A stretch of 64,000 bases of DNA from positions 1 to 64,000 of the forward strand of contig JANNVQ010000045.1 in the NCBI GenBank assembly GCA_031414535.1, written 5' to 3'. Under the pieces are notes generated by a model. The model saw nothing but the letters and a program-made list of their open reading frames with translations. It was not told the DNA's origin and ran no database searches. Positions 57,394 to 64,000 of the stretch are shown here, in pieces. How positions within the stretch are numbered: the first letter of the stretch is position 1; every line of letters starts with the position of its first letter. A program made the translations under genes and the position numbers. Source of the DNA: Gemmatimonas sp. Its GTDB lineage: Bacteria > Gemmatimonadota > Gemmatimonadetes > Gemmatimonadales > Gemmatimonadaceae.

Positions 57394-58793
57394 TTGGGCT
57401 CCACGGAAGGCGTACGCACGGACGGTCCTGGAAGCCGCCACGAGAACTCGCTCTGGTACTTGCCAGCATCGTCGAACCTGAATCGCACGCGGCGCTCACC
57501 AGTCGCAAAGCGATCCGCATCCTGCACCACAAATACCGAGGTCGTCACCGTTCCTCCCGCTGCCACCGGCAGTGGGTTCTGCGGAGCAATCAAGGTGGCA
57601 CCCGGTTCATCGATGTACGCGATGCTGTACCGCTGATCCGCGCCCGAGCGATTGGTGATCTTGATGCGCACTTGGTTCACGATCTTGCCGTCCGCCTCGC
57701 GCGTAAATGGCGCTCCGATAGGCCCGAGGAGCGTGACGTCTGCCGCCGAGCGCGAGGCGAGGGCCAAGAGGAAGGCACCGAAGAAGCCGAGGAAAGCCAG
57801 CGGGTACAGAACCGTGCGCGCTCGCAAAAACTTTGGCGGATTGCCCGAGAGCGAGTCCTGCGAACTGTACCGAATGAGACCCGCCGGCTTACCCACCTTC
57901 TCCATGATGGAATCGCAGGCGTCGGCGCACTGCGTGCAATGGATGCACTCCATCTGCAGTCCATCTCTGATATCAATGCCCGTAGGGCAGGTGTTCACGC
58001 AGGCATTGCAGGATACGCAATCGCCAAGCCCGGGGCGTGCACCGCTGCCGTGACCGCGCGGTTCACCGCGAGTCTTGTCGTAGGCCACGATGACGGACTG
58101 ACGGTCCAGCAGCGCGGATTGCCAACGTCCGTAGGGGCAGGCCACGAGGCAGGTCTGCTCGCGGAACCACGTGAAGTCCAGAAATACCGCGAATGACACA
58201 CCCGCCATGACCAAGAATGGTGTGGGATGCTCCGCCGGCGACTGCGACACCCAGCGCATCAGGGCGTCCGTACCCACGAAGTACGCGAGGAACGTATTGC
58301 CCAGCACCACAGCCAGCACACCGTAGATCGCGTACTTGAGGAGCCGCCGCGGCGCCAAGTGCCGCTTGTCACGATCCAGCGTGCGCGAAGCATTCGGACC
58401 ACCCTCCACCAAGCGCTCGATAGGACGAAACAAGAACTCCATCCACACCGTTTGCGGGCATGCCCAGCCGCACCACACGCGGCCAAACAAGGCCGTGAGC
58501 AAGAAGATGAAAACCAGCACGCTCACGAAGAGCAGCATGAGTAGCAACGTGTCTGTCGGCAGGAATGTCGTACCGAAGAACGTGAACTCACGATGCGGCA
58601 GATCGAGCAGCATCCACGGCTTGTCGTTCCACCGCAGATGCGGAAACGCGAGATAGAACGCCATCAGCGCATACGCCACCACCTGTCGGCGAATCAGCCA
58701 CTTGCCCGGCGCGGGCTTGGGGCGAATCCACCGGCGTGAGCCGTCCTCGTTGAGCGTCGCGAGAACACGACCCGTGGCGACCGGTGCGCTCAC
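57390..58793 (-). CDS. ccoG: Cytochrome c oxidase accessory protein CcoG
   Basis: GRVWCGWACPQT, CPYG, CVSCNACVNTCP, CIHCTQCADAC. Confidence 0.95.
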   Translation of the reverse strand: MSAPVATGRVLATLNEDGSRRWIRPKPAPGKWLIRRQVVAYALMAFYLAFPHLRWNDKPWMLLDLPHREFTFFGTTFLPTDTLLLMLLFVSVLVFIFLLTALFGRVWCGWACPQTVWMEFLFRPIERLVEGGPNASRTLDRDKRHLAPRRLLKYAIYGVLAVVLGNTFLAYFVGTDALMRWVSQSPAEHPTPFLVMAGVSFAVFLDFTWFREQTCLVACPYGRWQSALLDRQSVIVAYDKTRGEPRGHGSGARPGLGDCVSCNACVNTCPTGIDIRDGLQMECIHCTQCADACDSIMEKVGKPAGLIRYSSQDSLSGNPPKFLRARTVLYPLAFLGFFGAFLLALASRSAADVTLLGPIGAPFTREADGKIVNQVRIKITNRSGADQRYSIAYIDEPGATLIAPQNPLPVAAGGTVTTSVFVVQDADRFATGERRVRFRFDDAGKYQSEFSWRLPGPSVRTPSVEPK

Positions 58794-59410
58794 TTATCAC
58801 TCGTCGGCGCCGGCGGTGCTACTGACGCCGCGGGCGGTGCCGCCCCGTCCACTGGCACCGGACCTTCCTGGGCCTTGGCGTCGGGCGGGTTGCTGCCCCG
58901 TAACGAGAGCACATACGCCGTCACGTGATTCAACTGCCCTGGCTTCAAGATGCGCTCCCAAGGCGGCATCCCCTTGGCGAGTACACCCACAGCAATCGTG
59001 TTGTGCACCTGCGAAGGCGAGCCGCCGTGAATCCACGCGTCATCCGTGAGGTTGGGGCCAATGAGGCCACCGCCGTCAGCACGATGACAGGCAGCGCAGT
59101 TCGCAGTAAAGACGGTCTTCCCCTCGGCGAGTGCATCATCATCGTCCGCCAGCTCTTCGAGTTCCTCGTCGGAGATTGCGGACGCAAGCGCCGAGGGCGG
59201 CCGCTCGGCGGCATACTTGGCAACGTCGGCCTCATACTGGGCCACGTTCCCCGGCCCCTCACCGAATGGCTCTGGTAGGAAGTAATAGAACGGCGCCCAG
59301 ATCACCGTCGCCCAAAAGATCCACACCCACCAGCGCGGCAACGGATTGTCGTACTCCTGGATTCCGTCGTAGGAGTGGTCCAGAAGCTTGTCGTCGTTTT
59401 GTTCAGGCAT
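58790..59410 (-). CDS. ccoP: cbb3 oxidase subunit III (single heme c)
   Basis: HSYDGIQEYDNPLPRWW; one CAACH; GPNLTD, MPPW. Confidence 0.92.
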   Translation of the reverse strand: MPEQNDDKLLDHSYDGIQEYDNPLPRWWVWIFWATVIWAPFYYFLPEPFGEGPGNVAQYEADVAKYAAERPPSALASAISDEELEELADDDDALAEGKTVFTANCAACHRADGGGLIGPNLTDDAWIHGGSPSQVHNTIAVGVLAKGMPPWERILKPGQLNHVTAYVLSLRGSNPPDAKAQEGPVPVDGAAPPAASVAPPAPTSDK

Positions 59411-59603
59411 TGTTGGAAGAACTCCCGTTGGGGATGTCCGCATCATCTTGGAGCGGCAGCTGGGCCGCGCGCGCCATGCGCTCACTGCTGCCAGGAGCGA
59501 GAATCATCATCACGACCATCAGGAAGGCCGCCACGAACAGCAGCAGCGCAACGATGGCATAGCCAGAGAGCCCTGAGGCACTCATCACGTCTACGAGCTT
59601 CAT
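59403..59603 (-). CDS. ccoQ: cbb3 oxidase subunit CcoQ
   Basis: Single TM then AAQLPL; between ccoO and ccoP. Confidence 0.8.
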   Translation of the reverse strand: MKLVDVMSASGLSGYAIVALLLFVAAFLMVVMMILAPGSSERMARAAQLPLQDDADIPNGSSSNNA

Positions 59604-61822
59604 GGCGTCGCTCCTGGCGCAACCGCGCTTGGCGCGGCGAGACGCGGCGTTGCCGCGGCCACGCCAGGCGTCTTGATGTCGCGACCCAAACGTTGCAGGT
59701 AAGCCACGAGCGCAATCACCTCCTTGTCAGCGAGTCCGGTGGGCCCACCCTGCGCCTCAATTCCCGCGGCAATCAGCGTCGCTTGCTCACGCGCCATCTG
59801 CGGCGCGCGGTTCACCGCCTCCCCGTAGGGCACGCCGAGCATCACCATCGCGTCCACGCGCTTCTGAATGAAGTCAAAGTCCAGTGCGTTGCGCTCGAGT
59901 TGCGAATACGCAGGCATGATAGAGTTGGCCACGATTGCCCTAGGTTCCGCGAAGTGGCGCACGTGCCAGAGGTCGGGGTACTTGCCGCCGACACGCGCGA
60001 GGTCGGGACCTATACGCCGTGAGCCCCAGAGAAAGGGATGGTCGTACACGAACTCACCTGGCTTCGAGTACTCACCAAAGCGTTCCGTCTCGTAACGCAA
60101 GGGTCGCACCATCTGCGAATGGCAATTGAAGCAGCCTTCGCGGATGTAGAGATCGCGGCCCGCCAACTCCAGCGGCGTGTACGGCTTCACGCTGGCAATC
60201 GTCGGCACATTGTTCTTGATCAAGAAGGTCGGGATGATCTCCGCGAGTGATGCAACGACCACGGCGAGCACCGTCATCACGGTGAAAAGCAACGGCAGGC
60301 CTTCCCACTTGCGGTGCCAGCGCGCCGACGTGAAGCGCGCAAACACACCACCCGTCGCGGGCGCATGCGCCGCTTCCGGATATCCCTTCGAGAGCGGCGG
60401 CGCCGAGACCACGGCCACTTGGTACGTGGCCGGCCGCGCCTTCCAGGTCATCAAGATGTTGTAGATGAAGACCAGCGTGCCGATGATGTATAGCGTGCCA
60501 CCCGCCACGCGCACCCAGTACATCGGCATCAACTTCATCACTGTCTCAACGAAGTCCGGATACGCCAAGCGTCCCGTCTCGTCGAAGGCGCGCCACATCA
60601 GCCCCTGCGTAATGCCGGCAGAATAGATGCTGGCCACATAGAGCAGGATGCCAAAGGTCGCGATCCAGAAGTGCAGTTCGGCAAGCTTCTTGGAGTGCAG
60701 CGGCGCTTGGAACAAGCGCGGCGCCAGCCAGTACACCATGCCAAAGGTCATGAAGCCGTTCCAGCCCAGCGCGCCGGTGTGCACGTGCGCGATGATCCAG
60801 TCCGTGTAGTGCGCCAACGCATTCACGCTCTTCACCGAGAGCATCGGGCCTTCGAAGGTGCTCATGCCGTAAGCCGTGATGGCTACGACAAAGAACTTGA
60901 GCACTGGCTCGTCCGTCACCTTGCTCCACGCGCCGCGCAGCGTGAGCAAACCGTTCACCATGCCGCCCCAACTCGGCATCCACAACATCACGGAGAACAA
61001 CATGCCCAGCGTGCTCGCCCAGTCCGGCAGTGCGGTATAGTGCAGATGGTGCGGCCCTGCCCAGATGTACAAAAAGACCAGTGACCAGAAGTGCAGAATG
61101 CTCAGCTTGTATGAAAAGACCGGTCGGTCCGCCGCCTTCGGCATGAAGTAGTACATCAAGCCGAGGAAGGGCGTGGTGAGGAAGAACGCCACCGCATTGT
61201 GGCCGTACCACCACTGCATGAAGGCGTCCTGCACGCCGGCGTAGATGCTGTAGCTCTTCAGCCACCCAGCGGGAACGCTCAGGTTGTTGAAGATGTGCAG
61301 CACCGCGACCGTCACGATGCTGGCGATGTAGAACCAGAGCGCGACGTAGATGTGTCGCTCACGGCGCCGTGCCAGCGTGCCAAAGAAGTTCACCGCGAAG
61401 GCCACCCAAACCACCGCGATGGCGATGTCAATCGGCCACTCGAGCTCGGCGTACTCCTTGGCCTGCGTGAAGCCCAGCGGTAGCGTCAGCGCCGCGGCGA
61501 TGATGATTGCCTGCCAGCCATAGAAGTGGAAATTGCTCAAGCCGTCGGAGAACATACGCGTCTTGAGCAGTCGCTGTGTTGAGTAAAAGATGCCCGTGAA
61601 GATCGCGTTGCCCGCAAACGCGAAGATCACTGCGTTCGTGTGCAGGGGCCGCAGGCGTCCGAAGCTCAGCCAAGGGACGTCGAAGTTGAACCAAGGATTC
61701 GCGAGTTGCAGCGCGATCAGCAACCCAACCAAGAATCCGACGAGTCCCCAGACCACGGTCGCCCATAGAAACTTGCGGACGATGGCGTCGTCATAGGAAA
61801 AGTCTTCGAGATGCACACTCAT
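59600..61822 (-). CDS. ccoNO: Fused cbb3 oxidase subunits I and II (CcoN-CcoO)
   Basis: RPLHT, WWYGHN, GPHH, IAHVH, then GCFNCHSQ and GPDL in one ORF. Confidence 0.96.
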   Translation of the reverse strand: MSVHLEDFSYDDAIVRKFLWATVVWGLVGFLVGLLIALQLANPWFNFDVPWLSFGRLRPLHTNAVIFAFAGNAIFTGIFYSTQRLLKTRMFSDGLSNFHFYGWQAIIIAAALTLPLGFTQAKEYAELEWPIDIAIAVVWVAFAVNFFGTLARRRERHIYVALWFYIASIVTVAVLHIFNNLSVPAGWLKSYSIYAGVQDAFMQWWYGHNAVAFFLTTPFLGLMYYFMPKAADRPVFSYKLSILHFWSLVFLYIWAGPHHLHYTALPDWASTLGMLFSVMLWMPSWGGMVNGLLTLRGAWSKVTDEPVLKFFVVAITAYGMSTFEGPMLSVKSVNALAHYTDWIIAHVHTGALGWNGFMTFGMVYWLAPRLFQAPLHSKKLAELHFWIATFGILLYVASIYSAGITQGLMWRAFDETGRLAYPDFVETVMKLMPMYWVRVAGGTLYIIGTLVFIYNILMTWKARPATYQVAVVSAPPLSKGYPEAAHAPATGGVFARFTSARWHRKWEGLPLLFTVMTVLAVVVASLAEIIPTFLIKNNVPTIASVKPYTPLELAGRDLYIREGCFNCHSQMVRPLRYETERFGEYSKPGEFVYDHPFLWGSRRIGPDLARVGGKYPDLWHVRHFAEPRAIVANSIMPAYSQLERNALDFDFIQKRVDAMVMLGVPYGEAVNRAPQMAREQATLIAAGIEAQGGPTGLADKEVIALVAYLQRLGRDIKTPGVAAATPRLAAPSAVAPGATP

Positions 61823-61994
61823 TGACCCGGCTCCGGCTGGGTGGGGGATTTCGCCGCGGTCACTCGACCTCCGGCGGCATGCCGCAGATAACACTCCTTT
61901 AGAGGAAGGGCTCAGGTAGTCAGCGAGATGGAGGAAGTTGGGTAGGGTATTTCCGCACACCCCAGAGCGCCGACGCTGAGCGATCTCACCTAAG

Positions 61995-62003
61995 TGCTAT
62001 ATT
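61995..62003 (+). promoter_or_regulatory. Putative extended -10 element for the HD gene
   Basis: TGCTATATT about 55 nt upstream of ATG 62058. Confidence 0.4.
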
Positions 62004-62032
62004 CCCAGCGAGTTATGAAGCAGTTGCCCGAT

Positions 62033-62055
62033 CTTCCGTCATCCGTCTTCCGTCC
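62033..62055. repeat. Solo heptamer array, locus 9
   Basis: CTTCCGTCATCCGTCTTCCGTCC ending 2 nt before ATG 62058. Confidence 0.85.
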
Positions 62056-62057
62056 AA

Positions 62058-62651
62058 ATGCCCCTACCCACCCGCACCGAAGCCCTCGCCCTGATGGAGT
62101 CGTGGACCCAATCCGACTCCCTCCGCAAACACATGCTCTCAGTAGAGGCCGCCATGGTCGCCTACGCCCGACACTTTGGTGAGGACGAGCAGGCTTGGAG
62201 TTTGGCCGGCCTGCTGCACGACTTCGACTACGAGCGCTTCCCCAACGACGCCCACGCCGCCGACGCCGAGCATCCGGCTGAGGGCGTCCGCCACCTCAAA
62301 ACCCTCGGCTACCCTGACGACATCTGCCAAGCCATCCTCGGGCACGCGCACTACACGGGTGTGGCGCGCGACACGCAGATGGCCAAGGCCTTGTTTGCCG
62401 TGGACGAGCTCTGCGGATTGATCACGGCCGCGGCGCTGGTGCGGCCCAGTAGGAGCGTACTCGACCTCGAGGCCTCCAGCGTCAAGAAGCGAATGAAGGA
62501 CAAAGCCTTCGCCCGCGGCGTGAACCGCGAAGACGTGACCCAGGGCGCCGCCCAGCTGGGCGTGGAGCTGGAGCCGCACATCGCCTTCGTGATTCAGGCC
62601 ATGCGGGAGCGGGCCGATGCCCTAGGCCTTCGCGGGAGCGTCCCCGCGTAA
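62058..62651 (+). CDS. HD/HDIG domain phosphohydrolase
   Basis: LRKH, GLLHDFD, EH, ILGH, AVDEL, KAFARGVNR. Confidence 0.9.
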   Translation: MPLPTRTEALALMESWTQSDSLRKHMLSVEAAMVAYARHFGEDEQAWSLAGLLHDFDYERFPNDAHAADAEHPAEGVRHLKTLGYPDDICQAILGHAHYTGVARDTQMAKALFAVDELCGLITAAALVRPSRSVLDLEASSVKKRMKDKAFARGVNREDVTQGAAQLGVELEPHIAFVIQAMRERADALGLRGSVPA

Positions 62652-62671
62652 CGCTGGATGGGGTACGGCTG

Positions 62672-62698
62672 TCCAACGCCGGAAGCCCCTCTCGCGTA
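62672..62698 (+). promoter_or_regulatory. Putative ECF-type (autoregulatory) promoter
   Basis: TCCAAC-N17-CGTA upstream of the ECF sigma gene. Confidence 0.4.
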
Positions 62699-62774
62699 CT
62701 TAGGGCGTGATCATTGAGCGTGTCGCTTGACCTCCATTGCTCTCTCTTGGAGAGAGGCTCCACCGGGGCGGCTC

Positions 62775-63317
62775 GTGACTGAGCGGCCATCGGATGAGAA
62801 GGATCTTGTCCTCGCCGCCCAGCGTGGTGAACAAGCCGCCTTCTCGGAGTTGGTGCGTCGTCATCAACGACGGGCGTATGCCGTGGCACGCGCCATCGTA
62901 ATCAATCACGAGGACGCGGAGGATGCGGTGCAGGAAGCCTTTCTGCATGCGTATCGCGCCATCGATCGGTTTTTGCCAGACCAAGCCTTTGGCGCCTGGC
63001 TGCACCGCATCGTGGCCAACGCCGCGCTCGATGTCACACGTCGTCGCAAGGTGCGCGATGCCGATGAGCTACCCGAGACCGTCGCGAGTCCGTTCCGGGA
63101 CCCAGCGGAAAAGAGTGAGCTTCGGCAGCGACTTACCGAGGCGCTGAACACCCTTCCCCCACGTCAGCGCGCCGTCATCGTGCTGCACGACGTGGAAGGC
63201 TATAAGCACGCGGAGATTGGGAAGATGCTCGATATCCCAGAAGGCACCGCCCGCTCCGATTTGCACTATGCACGTTCACAACTGCGCCTCCTCCTTGGCG
63301 CAATGAGGCAACTATGA
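62775..63317 (+). CDS. ECF RNA polymerase sigma factor
   Basis: GEQAAFSELV, DAEDAVQEAF, WLHRIVAN, EIGKMLDIPEGTARS; start uncertain (62727 or 62775). Confidence 0.93.
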   Translation: MTERPSDEKDLVLAAQRGEQAAFSELVRRHQRRAYAVARAIVINHEDAEDAVQEAFLHAYRAIDRFLPDQAFGAWLHRIVANAALDVTRRRKVRDADELPETVASPFRDPAEKSELRQRLTEALNTLPPRQRAVIVLHDVEGYKHAEIGKMLDIPEGTARSDLHYARSQLRLLLGAMRQL

Positions 63318-63691
63318 ATGAGATGAATCAAGGACCCCGACTGGTCCACGACGACGATGAATTAACTCGCGAGCTACGCGCGATTGTGGCGCCGCCGGCG
63401 GATGCCGCGTACTGGGACTCGCTGGAGCAGCGCATCATGGCGCGCGTTGAGCGCGGCCGTCAGGAAGGCGCCTGGTGGGTGCTCTCTGAGCGCGCGTACC
63501 AGTTTGGCTTGCTGGCCGCGGGGCTCACCCTGATCGTGGCGGGCTCGGTATTCCTGCGCGAGCGCGCCCTCGAGCGTCGCATGGCCTACGAAAACGTGAT
63601 TGTGGCCCCGACGGCCACGCCGCAGACCTTTGCACGCCGTGGATTGGTGCCGGATCGTCAGGCAACCCTCCGCGCCGTCACCGACCACTAA
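63314..63691 (+). CDS. Putative single-TM anti-sigma factor
   Basis: ATGA overlap with the sigma gene; P..AYWDSLEQRI motif then one TM helix. Confidence 0.7.
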   Translation: MNEMNQGPRLVHDDDELTRELRAIVAPPADAAYWDSLEQRIMARVERGRQEGAWWVLSERAYQFGLLAAGLTLIVAGSVFLRERALERRMAYENVIVAPTATPQTFARRGLVPDRQATLRAVTDH

Positions 63692-63706
63692 CAAACGGCG
63701 GGGACG

Positions 63707-64000
63707 ATGCGTCGAACCAACGGATACGCCATCGCGTTTTTCATCGCGGCCTTCGCAGCAGGGGCCGCGGCGGGAGTGGTGACGGACCGTGCGCTGCAAC
63801 GGGGGCGCATGCAACAGCAGTGGGGTGATCCCCGAGCGATGCGCACGCGACTGGCCGACGACCTCAACATGGACGCCGCCCAACGCGCACAGCTCGACAC
63901 CATTCTCGACACACGGAACCGCCAATCCGATTCGCTGATGTCCCCAGTGCGTCCGCAGCTCGATGCGCTGGGAAGTCAGACGAGGCAACGGATTCGGCAA
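63707..64000 (+). CDS. Exported Spy/CpxP-like helical protein (truncated by the window end)
   Basis: Read by hand: MRRTNGYAIAFFIAAFAAGAAAG...LADDLNMDAAQRAQLDTIL. Confidence 0.7.
   Translation, partial: MRRTNGYAIAFFIAAFAAGAAAGVVTDRALQRGRMQQQWGDPRAMRTRLADDLNMDAAQRAQLDTILDTRNRQSDSLMSPVRPQLDALGSQTRQRIRQ

Noticed and set aside
61823..62030. FNR/FixK box upstream of ccoNO
   Set aside because: No TTGAT-N4-ATCAA match found by eye.
57..62055. Heptamer arrays as a CRISPR array or as MITE/IS ends
   Set aside because: No regular repeat-spacer series, no cas or transposase gene, no shared internal sequence between arms and no consistent target-site duplication seen.

Overview
GC-rich, gene-dense bacterial chromosomal window. 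Gene content (Ser/Thr kinase-PD40 protein, many exported peptidases, fused ccoNO, CBM48-linked ECF locus) suggests Gemmatimonadota; this is an inference, no search was run. It holds about 57 CDS: gltA; a pseudo-5'-nucleotidase/beta-barrel fusion; two PLP enzymes; an ECF sigma / CBM48 anti-sigma / CBM48 barrel operon; metF-metH behind a SAM-II-type riboswitch; a peptidase-rich block; a non-canonical polX next to nth; a P1B-5-type ATPase; a complete cbb3 oxidase operon; and a second ECF locus cut by the window end. No rRNA, tRNA, CRISPR array or transposase was seen. The strongest unexplained structure is a dispersed family of heptamer arrays, (GACGGAW)2-4, at nine loci with a consistent polarity: purine-rich arms follow stop codons, complementary pyrimidine-rich arms precede start codons, and three arrays are read as protein sequence.
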